64,000 nt of DNA, taken from the NCBI GenBank assembly GCA_030606485.1, contig JAUWGH010000005.1:10129-74128 (forward strand), given 5' to 3'. Source of the stretch: Promethearchaeota archaeon (GTDB lineage: Archaea > Asgardarchaeota > Lokiarchaeia > Sigyniarchaeales > SOKP01). The notes beneath the pieces were generated by a model that was not told the origin of the DNA, made no database searches, and was given only the letters and a program-made list of their open reading frames with translations. Both the position numbers and the translations under genes were made by a program. This document shows, piece by piece, positions 36,307-46,245 of this stretch (position 1 is its first letter; every line of letters starts with the position of its first letter).

Positions 36307-37053
36307 TTAATCCATATTAAAAAAGCTTAATGCAGAATTTATTGCAACTAATCGTGCAATTCTTTCTTCTATTATGCCTTTTTGATTTTTTTCGATATTT
36401 TCTTTAATATCTATGCTACTCCCTCCAATAATAATAGTATCTTTATTCTGAAGGCTTAATTCTTTATATAAATAATCTTGAATATCTTCGGTAATAGAAA
36501 AATCATAGATAAAATTTGATTTATCTTTATATTCAGGTAATTTTAATTGTTTATCCTCATATATTAAACAAGTTGCACCAATATTATTCACTTTAATGGT
36601 GCATTCATTTTTTCCAATCTTAATTTTTAAATCATCTACTAAATCTTTAATTTTTATGGATGCATCTCTCTGCGCCATTCCATCAGTCAATTTATTGAAC
36701 ACATCTTTTATTTGAGCAATGTAAAAACTATGTCCGAATGCCATTTTTGATAAAATTATATTTCCTTTTCTAATACTTACAATTTTTTCCTTTATTTTTT
36801 TTAAAATATCCTTTCCCTTGACACTTAAAGTATGACCTTTTCTCTGTGTTTCTTTTTTAATCATATTATTCTCTTTTAATTTATTAAAAATTGATTTGGC
36901 CATACCTGATGAGATTAATAATTCTTCTTGTAGTTTATACCTTCCAAATCCTTTAAGATGTTCTTCGAATAGAAACAAAGTGAGAACTAGATGAACATAT
37001 TTAAAATTGGGTTTTAGTGTTTTACTTACATAAAATTTCTTAAATGATTCCAA
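36307..37053 (-). CDS. wHTH-containing putative regulator (DUF4443-like)
   Basis: 248 aa. N-terminal GRYKLQEELLISSGMAKSIFNKLKENNMIKK ... GHTLSVKG wHTH pattern. The C-terminal domain is unknown. Confidence 0.35.
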   Translation of the reverse strand: MESFKKFYVSKTLKPNFKYVHLVLTLFLFEEHLKGFGRYKLQEELLISSGMAKSIFNKLKENNMIKKETQRKGHTLSVKGKDILKKIKEKIVSIRKGNIILSKMAFGHSFYIAQIKDVFNKLTDGMAQRDASIKIKDLVDDLKIKIGKNECTIKVNNIGATCLIYEDKQLKLPEYKDKSNFIYDFSITEDIQDYLYKELSLQNKDTIIIGGSSIDIKENIEKNQKGIIEERIARLVAINSALSFFNMD

Positions 37054-37097
37054 GGATTTTTACACCTAGAATTATGAAGTATAATTATTTTTGATAT

Positions 37098-38402
37098 TCA
37101 TAAAAACCTTATGAATTTGATTTTTTCTGCGTTTTCATATAAATCATTTGAAGGAGCTTTTGTTAATCTTTTTAATTTCATCATTCGAGAATTGCAAAAA
37201 TAAATTGATTCAAATTCAGACTTTTCACTCTCTTTTTTGCCCGGAACTAGCATTAATCTTGCTGTCAATGGTTTTTCTAATGATAAACCTAAAGATGCAA
37301 GATCTAATAGTATGTAAAAAATCTCTCTCTCACTTACATCCCCTTGCAATGGTACGCAATCAAGTCCGGTTCCACAAGTTGCAGAATAAAGTAATAATGA
37401 ATCAATTGTATATTTTCCTTCATCCAACCTTTTGGATAAAACAGAATCTTCAAGAATTGGTTGCATGAATCCTGAGAAACCAATTTTTTTAATATTTAAA
37501 GATTTTATAATATTCATTATCATTGAAACAGCAAAAAATGTACCTTGGGCACCAAAATATTCAATACCCATTTCTTCGATCACTTTACCGATACTTTTTA
37601 AATCTTCAGGAAATGGAGCAGGAGAAAAATCAATACCATGAAATAGAATATTGAATTTTTTCTCACAATTCTCACAAATATTTGAAATGTTCTTAAATAT
37701 CTCTTCAAATTTGGATTTGAGCTTTTTCTGAAAATCATGCAAGCTATCTGAGTGCTGTAAGGTTGATACTACTTCATCGGCCATTTCTAATGCTATTGAG
37801 AATTTTGGTTTATCTGATAAGTGATAAGAAGCAGGGAAAAATGGTGTATCTTCTGGTACATTAACATTTACACAGAATTTATGAGAATAAAATGGTTTAT
37901 TGACTGGGATTTGCTTTATTATACTCGCACAATCTTTTATTGAAAGAAGATTAATTCCATATTTTTGAGAAGCAACTTGAATGGAAGTAAAAAGATTTTC
38001 ATAATCTTCAAGAATCCTTGGAACATTTTTGAGAAATTTTTGCTCTATTGAACCATAATTCTCAAACTCATCAGCCAAAATAGTTAGACAAGCGACTAAG
38101 TCAATATTGACCTTTTTACAATGGGAAATTAATAATTCTATTCCTTTTCTAAGATTGTTCAAATTTTCGTTAAAATTTGAGTTCTCTTTCAAAAAGGGAT
38201 TTCCTTCTTTTTGATATAATGGTTGAGTACAAATCCTTGTAGTTTGTATTTCTATTCCAATTTTTTCGAATCTCTCTTTTAATTCATCTAATAATTCTTT
38301 AAAAGTCTGAAACTGAACATCTAAAACTGATTCTAAGCTTTTAATTCCTAGAGGCTGATAAAAGGGAAATTGTAATCCAATCGTAATAGCTCTTATTTTC
38401 AT
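37098..38402 (-). CDS. DUF711 / UPF0210 family protein
   Basis: 434 aa. MKIRAITIGL N-terminus and overall length are typical of UPF0210. Confidence 0.55.
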   Translation of the reverse strand: MKIRAITIGLQFPFYQPLGIKSLESVLDVQFQTFKELLDELKERFEKIGIEIQTTRICTQPLYQKEGNPFLKENSNFNENLNNLRKGIELLISHCKKVNIDLVACLTILADEFENYGSIEQKFLKNVPRILEDYENLFTSIQVASQKYGINLLSIKDCASIIKQIPVNKPFYSHKFCVNVNVPEDTPFFPASYHLSDKPKFSIALEMADEVVSTLQHSDSLHDFQKKLKSKFEEIFKNISNICENCEKKFNILFHGIDFSPAPFPEDLKSIGKVIEEMGIEYFGAQGTFFAVSMIMNIIKSLNIKKIGFSGFMQPILEDSVLSKRLDEGKYTIDSLLLYSATCGTGLDCVPLQGDVSEREIFYILLDLASLGLSLEKPLTARLMLVPGKKESEKSEFESIYFCNSRMMKLKRLTKAPSNDLYENAEKIKFIRFL

Positions 38403-38434
38403 CTATTTCTAAAACCAGTAAATGTTTTTTAAAT

Positions 38435-38695
38435 TTACTGCGCCAGATTTAAAAATACGATATTATCTCCTCTTATTACAATCCGGCCAAGATTTTCATT
38501 CTCTTCCCTTATATTCCCATCATCATCCTGATACTCAAATATCTGAGTTGCTTCCTCCAAAAAAAGGTTTAAGTGCTCATCATAACCCTTCAATTTTGCG
38601 CGAAAAAGTCTATTTTTTTTAACCTTTATTAGTATAACTTTATCAATACTACCTCTTAAAAAATCAAGGGGTTTATGTTGTTGGCGGCTGTGCAT
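38435..38695 (-). CDS. Sm-like archaeal protein (LSm/SmAP) with acidic loop insertion
   Basis: 86 aa. Sm1 is LIKVKKNRLFRAKLKGYDEHLNLFLEEA and Sm2 is RIVIRGDNIVFL, separated by EYQDDDGNIREENENLG. Confidence 0.85.
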   Translation of the reverse strand: MHSRQQHKPLDFLRGSIDKVILIKVKKNRLFRAKLKGYDEHLNLFLEEATQIFEYQDDDGNIREENENLGRIVIRGDNIVFLNLAQ

Positions 38696-39019
38696 CCTTT
38701 TTAAATACCTATCTCTTTAAAAAAAATTTTAATCCTATTTTATTTTAAAATTATACTAATTAAAACCTTTTGTAAATTTATGGATCTTAAATAATATATA
38801 AAAAGAAGAATTGGTATAAAATTAGGTTTTAATAGAAAAAATTAACTTTTATAGTGACTATTGATAAAATTAGTAATATAAAATGATTTATTGCACTGTA
38901 AAAAATTTAAAGAAAAAAATTTTAGTAATAAGGCTATTAAAATTGACAGAAAATATTACTATAATATTTGCAACTTAGTAAAGCCAAATTAATATTGAAT
39001 TTATTTGGTGAATATAAAA

Positions 39020-39111
39020 GGACCCGTCGCGAAGCCCGGATCTCGCACCACCCTCCTAAGATGATCTTCGGGGTAAGGTGGTTTACGGGGGTTCAAATCC
39101 CTCCGGGTCCG
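39020..39111 (+). tRNA. tRNA-Arg(CCU) with 17-nt intron at canonical 37/38
   Basis: GGACCCG TC GCGA AGCCCGGATC TCGC A CCACC CTCCTA [AGATGATCTTCGGGGTA] A GGTGG TTTAC GGGGG TTCAAAT CCCTC CGGGTCC G. Confidence 0.85.
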
Positions 39112-39120
39112 CTAAAAATC

Positions 39121-39129
39121 TTTTTTTTT
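39121..39129 (+). terminator. oligo-T tract downstream of tRNA-Arg
   Basis: A T9 run begins 10 nt after the tRNA 3' end. Archaeal RNA polymerase terminates at oligo-T. Confidence 0.5.
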
Positions 39130-39673
39130 CTTAAAAAATTTGTCGGATTCTTAAATAAAAATTTTAGAATATGAAAAAAATCTGAGATTTTATTGCTATT
39201 TTTATAGTTAGCGCAAAAATAATAGAGTAATTAAAGTTTAATATTATTTAAAAATAAGATTGGGGTTCTTATAGCTTTTCACTTTATAGAAAATCTATTA
39301 TCTTATTAAATTTTAATGCTTATGCTGCTCATTTATCATAAGAAAGAATTATTATTGCATCGTATCACCTCCGAGGAGCTCCCTCAATTGTGGAAAAGAA
39401 TTCCCAAATCGGGAAAATAAAATGGAAAGCATTCCCAAATACTCCTGTAGTGGATGGGATAGAGGCTATCGGACTGTAGCCACAAGTAGTTTATCAAGAT
39501 ATAATTGATAATATTATTTGAAATAAAATGAGTACAGTTTTACTTGTTTTAATGGTCTAATTCCTTGTAAATAAAAATAAAATTCCCATATTATAGAAAT
39601 TTTAACTGAAATAGAATTTAAAAATAAAAAGTCTCGTAAAAAAATAGAGTAAAATCAAAGAGGAGATAAATAA

Positions 39674-40984
39674 ATGTTGGGACTTAGTATTATAATAACA
39701 TTTATTTTAAGTGGACTTATTTTCTTTTTAATATATTTTTGTCGCAAAAAATGGTGTAAAAATAGCAATAGAGGTATTTGTACGGATTTAAAATTTATTG
39801 GAAAATTTGCTAAGGTAAAAAAAAATTTAGCAATTGTTTTAATTATATTTATTGGTGCAAGTATAATTTGCTGTTGTCATAATATTAGTAATCGCTTTGC
39901 TTTCTTAAGAATGGACATTTCTGGTCATTCAGAATGGCGTGATTCAAACGGACAAATGTATTTATATGTTGAAGCTGATAATCATTATGATTTGGGTTAT
40001 CAAACAGGCTATGCTCTTTCATATAAAATCTTAGCTATGAAAGCTCTACTGTTAATATCTTCAAGTTCTTATGGATTGTCTTATTTTGATATTGAAAAAA
40101 TATGCAACGAGTATGATTCTTATATCCCAGAAAATTATAAACAAGAAATACTGGGAATGAGTGAGGGGGCTACCGCAGGGTGTGGTTTTTTGATTTCCTA
40201 TACGGATATATTAGTTCAATCAGTATTTATTGAAGCTTTATATGGTAGACACATTCCTTCTGAATTATCAATTATGTCTGATTTCGGTTGCACAGCACTT
40301 GGAGCTATAAATAACGATGGAAGCATTCTTGTGGGTCAGAATATGGATCTTATTAAACCTATGGGCTCACTCCAATCATTTGTGTTACATAAGTTAGGAA
40401 ACGACCCATTGGTTTTTACCCATCGTTTAGGGGGGGGAACTTCACCCATGGGAAAAAACGAATATGGATTAGTATTAACCGTTAATTTGGTGCAAACAAA
40501 AGAAGTTGCTCCCTATACGATTCCAACTTTTGTTTTAGTTCGGGAGGGTCTGGTAAAAGAAAAAAGTATTGAGGGGCTATATAATACCCTTTTTCCAAAT
40601 AATTCAAGTTCATATAGTCATAATTTCATAATTGCAAACAGTAGTTCAATACTCGCAGTACAGTCTTTACCTCACAACCAAACAAAAACATATCCAACTA
40701 ACACAATTGTATTTACTAATACCTTTTTAAATCCATTTTGGCAAGATACTCTATTAGATCCTCAATATTCAAAAGAAAGGCAATCATATGCAGAGGCACT
40801 ACTATTAGAAGCTTATGAAGATAATAAATTAACAGAAGAGGAGCTAATTAAAATTTTAGGAGATGAACCCATAATATGTCGAAATGAAAATGGATTTTTT
40901 TCTATGGGAACCATTAGTTTTATGACTTATAACTCATTTGGTATCGGAACACCCAATGGCAATAGGGGTTCAATTCCAATTTAG
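39674..40984 (+). CDS. membrane-anchored peptidase C45 / acyl-CoA:6-APA acyltransferase-like Ntn hydrolase
   Basis: 436 aa with two N-terminal hydrophobic segments. DFGCTALGAINNDGSILVGQNMDL has the nucleophile Cys context. GAGGAG SD. Confidence 0.6.
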   Translation: MLGLSIIITFILSGLIFFLIYFCRKKWCKNSNRGICTDLKFIGKFAKVKKNLAIVLIIFIGASIICCCHNISNRFAFLRMDISGHSEWRDSNGQMYLYVEADNHYDLGYQTGYALSYKILAMKALLLISSSSYGLSYFDIEKICNEYDSYIPENYKQEILGMSEGATAGCGFLISYTDILVQSVFIEALYGRHIPSELSIMSDFGCTALGAINNDGSILVGQNMDLIKPMGSLQSFVLHKLGNDPLVFTHRLGGGTSPMGKNEYGLVLTVNLVQTKEVAPYTIPTFVLVREGLVKEKSIEGLYNTLFPNNSSSYSHNFIIANSSSILAVQSLPHNQTKTYPTNTIVFTNTFLNPFWQDTLLDPQYSKERQSYAEALLLEAYEDNKLTEEELIKILGDEPIICRNENGFFSMGTISFMTYNSFGIGTPNGNRGSIPI

Positions 40985-41079
40985 ATTGTACTTAATCTTT
41001 TTAATTTATTTAATCATAAAGTTGCAAAATCTTATTACAGTTTGCTTATATTTATAACGCTTATTTAAATTTAGATCCT

Positions 41080-41610
41080 ATGGATCTATGGAAAAATATT
41101 CCATCTGGAGATAGCCCTCCAGAAATTTTAAATGCTGTTATAGAAGTCATCAGTGGATCTCGAGACAAATATGAATATAAAAATGAATGGGAAACCTTTG
41201 TTCTAGACAGAGTAATTCCATCATCAGTGGTTTTCCCTATTGAATATGGGTTTATACCTCAAACATGGTCTGAAGATAACGATCCGCTTGATATAATGGT
41301 ATTAAGTTATGAACCGCTTGAAGTTGGATGTGTTGTTAGGGTAAAAGTTATCGGCGCTTTAATAATGGAAGATGAGCATGGTGATGATCCCAAAATATTA
41401 TCTGTTCTTGTAAATGATGCGAGATTTGAAGGTTTTATAGATATAAATGATGTCCATAAACATAAATTAAAAGAAATACAAGAGTTTTATGAAACTTACA
41501 AAAGACTAGAGCCACATAAATTTGTAAAATTTAAAGAATGGCGAAATGCCGCAGAAGCAAAAAGGATAGTAGATTATTCAATTAAGCGATTTGAAGAATT
41601 AAATTTATAA
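41080..41610 (+). CDS. ppa: inorganic pyrophosphatase (family I)
   Basis: NAVIEVISGSRDKYEY, DPLDIMVL, DDPKIL. Confidence 0.9.
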   Translation: MDLWKNIPSGDSPPEILNAVIEVISGSRDKYEYKNEWETFVLDRVIPSSVVFPIEYGFIPQTWSEDNDPLDIMVLSYEPLEVGCVVRVKVIGALIMEDEHGDDPKILSVLVNDARFEGFIDINDVHKHKLKEIQEFYETYKRLEPHKFVKFKEWRNAAEAKRIVDYSIKRFEELNL

Positions 41611-41630
41611 TAGGCATAAATATATCGAAA

Positions 41631-42488
41631 ATGGGAAAAAATAATAACTCAAAATATATATCAATAATTATATTCTCTCCATTTGGAAATACATTAAAAA
41701 TTGGAGAATATATACAAAAAATTCTTACTGAATCTAATCAGCAGTGTAAATTATTTAATTTAACTGGAAAATCATGGCAGGAGATCTCATCTTTTAAATA
41801 TTCTTTGATTGAAAAGAGTGATTTACTTGTAATTGGATCAGCAGTTTACGCCTGGAAAGTTGTAAAACCAATTAAAATGTTTATTGATAATCTTCCAATA
41901 AATAAAAACGGAAAGGCAGTATTTTTTACAACTTATGGATTAATTACCGGCTATACTCTTTTCAATGGAGCCAATTTATTACGCAAAAAAGGTTATAAAG
42001 TTCTTGCTTGCTTAAAAGTTCCTGCTCGACATTCAATGATATTCAAGAAAGAAGATGATATTTATTTGAATCGACCAAATCAACAAGATATGAAAAAAAT
42101 CTCGAAATTTTCAAAACTTATTATAAAATTATTAAATAAATTTCCAAATTGGGAATTATCTTTTAAAAAATTAGATTATCATTCATGGAAAGTTAAATTG
42201 TTGTATAAGTTTATGATAAAACGATTTGGTATGGCTCTCCTTCCAAGCACTTATTTCAATCATAAGAAATGCATAAAGTGCGGTAAATGTGCAAAAGCTT
42301 GTTCTGTTCAAATTATTAAATTAGTCCCCTATCCTAAGAAATTCGGACATTGTATTAAATGTTATAATTGTGTGTGGTCTTGCCCCGTAGATGCCGTTAA
42401 ATCTCGAACATTTTGGATTTTTCATTTTTTTCACAAATTTTTAGGATATATTTATCACGAGATTCCAGAAACTAAGATATATGTATAA
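41631..42488 (+). CDS. flavodoxin-like plus 2x[4Fe-4S] ferredoxin fusion (EFR1-type)
   Basis: 285 aa. N-terminal flavodoxin-like IIIFSPFGNT and C-terminal CIKCGKCAKAC ... CIKCYNCVWSCP. Confidence 0.65.
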   Translation: MGKNNNSKYISIIIFSPFGNTLKIGEYIQKILTESNQQCKLFNLTGKSWQEISSFKYSLIEKSDLLVIGSAVYAWKVVKPIKMFIDNLPINKNGKAVFFTTYGLITGYTLFNGANLLRKKGYKVLACLKVPARHSMIFKKEDDIYLNRPNQQDMKKISKFSKLIIKLLNKFPNWELSFKKLDYHSWKVKLLYKFMIKRFGMALLPSTYFNHKKCIKCGKCAKACSVQIIKLVPYPKKFGHCIKCYNCVWSCPVDAVKSRTFWIFHFFHKFLGYIYHEIPETKIYV

Positions 42489-42719
42489 ATATCGCATATT
42501 CATTCAAATCTAGAGTTTTTTAAAAAAAATCTGCAAAATTTTATTTTCATTTTTTTTATCTAATTATTTTATTTAAAGCAACTTGGCTCTAATATGATTT
42601 CTTTTTAAATGTGCTATTTTTTAAATCAATTGGAAAAAATAGACAACTTAAAGATAATAAGACGAAAAATTTTAATAAAAAAAAAATTTTAAAAATAAAA
42701 TTTTATAGAGAAATCATCA

Positions 42720-43049
42720 TTAGGGTGCCGTTAATCCAACTAATGGCATAGCTTCAACTAGATCATAAGCTATATTGATTCGATAGCGAAATCCTTCGAT
42801 GGGTGACATCATTAGCAGGCGATTAGAAGCTATATCCATAGCTTCTTTAACTTTTCCTGGTTGAACAGAATATATGGTAATACTATGCATACCCTCTTGA
42901 ACTGCCCATACCGCTGAGGGTACAACCGGCTTAGATATGGTTCTATCGTCAGGATATTTTTGCATTGCTTCGAGATATATTTTTCCGATTTCCTCTGATT
43001 TATTTGGAGGCCACCAATGTTCTGTTATAATTAATACCAACTTTCTCAA
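42720..43049 (-). CDS. hypothetical small protein
   Basis: 109-aa ORF. No family recognised. Confidence 0.5.
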   Translation of the reverse strand: MRKLVLIITEHWWPPNKSEEIGKIYLEAMQKYPDDRTISKPVVPSAVWAVQEGMHSITIYSVQPGKVKEAMDIASNRLLMMSPIEGFRYRINIAYDLVEAMPLVGLTAP

Positions 43050-43131
43050 TTCCTTAATTTTTTTTTAAAAATCTGGATTACAATGGTGATTAAAAAATAT
43101 TATAATTAAATATTTATATTTTACTTACGTT

Positions 43132-43320
43132 TTGTATTTTTTTATAAAGTTTATGCGTAATAAGAATATTAAAGTTAAAATTGAGCATGGACATGCCTCC
43201 CAGAGATCAGACGATTATTCTTCGACAGCGTATTGGTATCAGAAAGAACCACATAAAAAATTTAAGCAACTCTTACCAGTGATTGAGAGATTACCTAAAG
43301 ATGAGCCAAAAGAGTTATAA
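43132..43320 (+). pseudogene. 3'-terminal relic of a DUF2961/GH172-like gene (copy A)
   Basis: The 62-aa ORF ends ...IKVKIEHGHASQRSDDYSSTAYWYQKEPHKKFKQLLPVIERLP. This matches the conserved C-terminus of the roughly 350-400-aa DUF2961 family as I remember it, and the rest of the gene is absent. Confidence 0.5.
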
Positions 43321-43334
43321 TAATCAATATACTT

Positions 43335-44744
43335 TCAGATTTTATGAAAATAATACCTATCAAATGTTAGGTGTATTTTATCTGTTTTTTCATCAATAAA
43401 AAATTGAACCTTTATTTTTCGATTTGGATATGCAACTGGAACGTAAAATTTTAATTCTTCTAAATTTTCAGGAGCTAATGGTAAATTTCTTGGTTTAGGT
43501 TCAATAGGATCTTTAATTTTTGCAAAAAGAACACCATTATCAAGTGAAATATCCATAGTTTGCAATTCTTTGTAGATTTTATATTTTCCTGTTAATGACT
43601 TTAATTTTTTATGAATATTTATTAATGGAGCGGCTTCATCAAAATCTTTATCTAAAAGAATTGCGAGAAAAATACGAGCAATTGACCCTAGAACAATTGA
43701 TGCATCACTATTAGCTCCAATAATAACACCAATCTTTTGGTCTGGAATGATAGCTAAAAATGCAGTAGAAGTTCCTACATTTCCGCCATGTTGTAATAAT
43801 TTATATCCAAGAAAGTTTTTTTCTATAATCCAACCATAGCCATACCAAGAATCTCCCACACCATAACTAGTTTCTTCCGGGATTTTTATATAAGGAGTCC
43901 ACATTTTCTCTAATGAGGATTTTTGAATGATTTGTGATTGGTTAAATTTTCCTCCATTAATTAGAGCAATAATATAATTTTGTATTTCTCTTACTGTGCT
44001 TAATAACCCTCCAGGTGCATACACAATCTTATCAAATGGATGCATAGCATCTTTAACGAGTTTATCATCATCAGAGGGGAGGTATCCAGTTAAAACATCA
44101 TCTTCTTTTTCAAAATTCTGCTTTAAATAGGTTGATCTATTCATTTCAAGCGGTTTTAGAATATTTTCTTTAATATAATCTTCGAATTTCATATTGGTAA
44201 TTTTTTTAACAATCAATCCAAGGCATGTAAACATATCATTATTATAGAAGAAGTATTTTCCTGGCGAACCGAATATTTCTGTATTTGCATTATTAATATG
44301 AAGCAAAAAATCATCCCAACTACTCATAGGAATGATTGGATCTAAAGATCCTAATTGTCGTATTAATGCAACTACATTACCATCAAGTTCAGGAATTCCT
44401 GCAGAATGAGAAAATATATGAAAAATCTTTATGGGGTTGTTCTTTTTACCTAATTTGAAATTTAAATACTTACCTACAGGATCTTGTATATCAATTTTCT
44501 CTTGTTCATAGAGTTGCATTACTGCCAAAGTTGTAAAAGATTTTGAAATAGACCCAATTCCAAATAGAGTATCTGGAGTAAAAGGAAGGTTTTTTTCTAA
44601 GTTTCTTGCACCAAATCCTTTAGCATATATAGATTTTCCATCTTTTACAACTCCAATGGAAAGACCAGGAATTTTAAATTCTCTCATTATCTCGACTATT
44701 ATTTGTTCAACTTCCTCAAATTGAGTTTCGCTCATATTTCTCAC
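43335..44744 (-). CDS. serine hydrolase, beta-lactamase / D-aminopeptidase-like (S12 family)
   Basis: 469 aa. SxxK GSISKSF, YxN FYNNDMF, HGG triad element, extra C-terminal beta domain. Confidence 0.8.
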   Translation of the reverse strand: MRNMSETQFEEVEQIIVEIMREFKIPGLSIGVVKDGKSIYAKGFGARNLEKNLPFTPDTLFGIGSISKSFTTLAVMQLYEQEKIDIQDPVGKYLNFKLGKKNNPIKIFHIFSHSAGIPELDGNVVALIRQLGSLDPIIPMSSWDDFLLHINNANTEIFGSPGKYFFYNNDMFTCLGLIVKKITNMKFEDYIKENILKPLEMNRSTYLKQNFEKEDDVLTGYLPSDDDKLVKDAMHPFDKIVYAPGGLLSTVREIQNYIIALINGGKFNQSQIIQKSSLEKMWTPYIKIPEETSYGVGDSWYGYGWIIEKNFLGYKLLQHGGNVGTSTAFLAIIPDQKIGVIIGANSDASIVLGSIARIFLAILLDKDFDEAAPLINIHKKLKSLTGKYKIYKELQTMDISLDNGVLFAKIKDPIEPKPRNLPLAPENLEELKFYVPVAYPNRKIKVQFFIDEKTDKIHLTFDRYYFHKI

Positions 44745-44843
44745 ATTTAAAAAATAACCTACATAATAATAAGTCGAGAATATTTTTTTATTATTTGATT
44801 TTAATAGAAAAAAATTAAATTATTGTTAGAATTATTGTTAAAA

Positions 44844-45971
44844 ATGAATCCAAATAATTCTTTAAAAATAAATAGTGTTGATCTCTTTAAACTCAATATT
44901 CCTATGAAATTTCCGTTCAAAATCTCATTAGGCACGAGTTATGAAGCAAATAATGTGTTAGTTCGAATTAATACAAATAAGGATATTTATGGACTTGGAG
45001 AAGCATGTTCCTCATTAAGAATTACTGGTGATACTCAAAACACTGTTTATGAAGCAGGAATATTGATAGCTAAAGTTATTAAGGGTAAAGATCCATTAGC
45101 AATAGATACTCGTATGAAAGAAATTAATCAAACTATTGTTAAACAAACTCAAATTAAATCAGCATTTAATATTGCGCTTTATGATATTTTAGGTAAAGCA
45201 ACAGGAGTTCCTCTTTATGTTATATTAGGTGGCGAAAAACGAGATATCTTCACAGATTACACAATCGGCATTCAAGAAAATCTGGAGACTGCCATTAATG
45301 AAGTTAAAAATAGTATTGATATGGGTTTTTCAGCGATAAAGTTGAAAGTTGGATTAAATAAAAGGATGGATATAGAACTAATTAAGAAAATAAGAGAAGA
45401 AGTAAATAAAGATATTTCAATTCGAATTGATACAAACCAAGGTTGGGATTTAACAACGGCTATAGAGGTTCTTAAAGCAATGAAACCTTATAACCTAGAA
45501 TATGCTGAGCAACCTCTTGCATACTGGGATTATGAAAATATGCGTCGATTAAGGGAAATGGAAATAGCTCCAATTTGTGCAGATGAATCTGTATTCGATC
45601 ACCATGATGCATTTAAATTAGCTTCAATGGGAGCATGCGACTACTTAAATATTAAGCTGGGCAAATCTGGAGGTATTACTACTGCTCTTAAAATAAATGC
45701 TATCGCAGAAAGTTGTGGAATGAAATGTATGATCGGATGTTTTGGTGAATCTCGATTGGGGTTAACTGCAGCGGCTCACTTTGTAAGCGCTAATCCTAAT
45801 GTAATTTTTGTTGACTTAGATTCTGCTTTAATGCATAAAGAGGACCCTGTTATAGGGGGAATTGAGTATAATGTAAAAGATAATGGTAAAATTATTATTC
45901 CTGATTCTCCTGGTCATGGAGCAGATATTAAAGAAGAATTTCTTAAAAATTTAGAGAAAACAACAATTTAA
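44844..45971 (+). CDS. dipeptide epimerase (enolase superfamily, L-Ala-D/L-Glu epimerase-like)
   Basis: AIKLKVG, IRIDTNQGW, AEQP and CADES metal/acid-base positions. The track ORF starts at TTG 44823 and ATG 44844 is preferred. Confidence 0.75.
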   Translation: MNPNNSLKINSVDLFKLNIPMKFPFKISLGTSYEANNVLVRINTNKDIYGLGEACSSLRITGDTQNTVYEAGILIAKVIKGKDPLAIDTRMKEINQTIVKQTQIKSAFNIALYDILGKATGVPLYVILGGEKRDIFTDYTIGIQENLETAINEVKNSIDMGFSAIKLKVGLNKRMDIELIKKIREEVNKDISIRIDTNQGWDLTTAIEVLKAMKPYNLEYAEQPLAYWDYENMRRLREMEIAPICADESVFDHHDAFKLASMGACDYLNIKLGKSGGITTALKINAIAESCGMKCMIGCFGESRLGLTAAAHFVSANPNVIFVDLDSALMHKEDPVIGGIEYNVKDNGKIIIPDSPGHGADIKEEFLKNLEKTTI

Positions 45972-46245
45972 TGGATACTTCATCTCATATTTACTAGTAG
46001 ATTAATACAAATCAAAAAAAGTTAAGAAATCTATTAAATTTAAATCAAATATTACTTAGAATTTTCTTGATTTTGTTATTATAATTTGAGAAAATTTATT
46101 AATTTCAGAAATTTCTTTAATAATTTTAAGTTTTTTTATAGTTTACTTAATAATTATGATTCTAATGAATTATTTAAATTTTTTAAAAAACAGAATAAGA
46201 TTATACCAAAATTAAAAAAATTATAATCAAACAAATGGTACAAAA

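Noticed and set aside
38968-39174. 68-aa plus-strand ORF from the track
   Set aside because: It is fully overlapped by the well-folding tRNA-Arg(CCU) gene at 39020-39111, and the ORF is a by-product of the GC-rich tRNA sequence.
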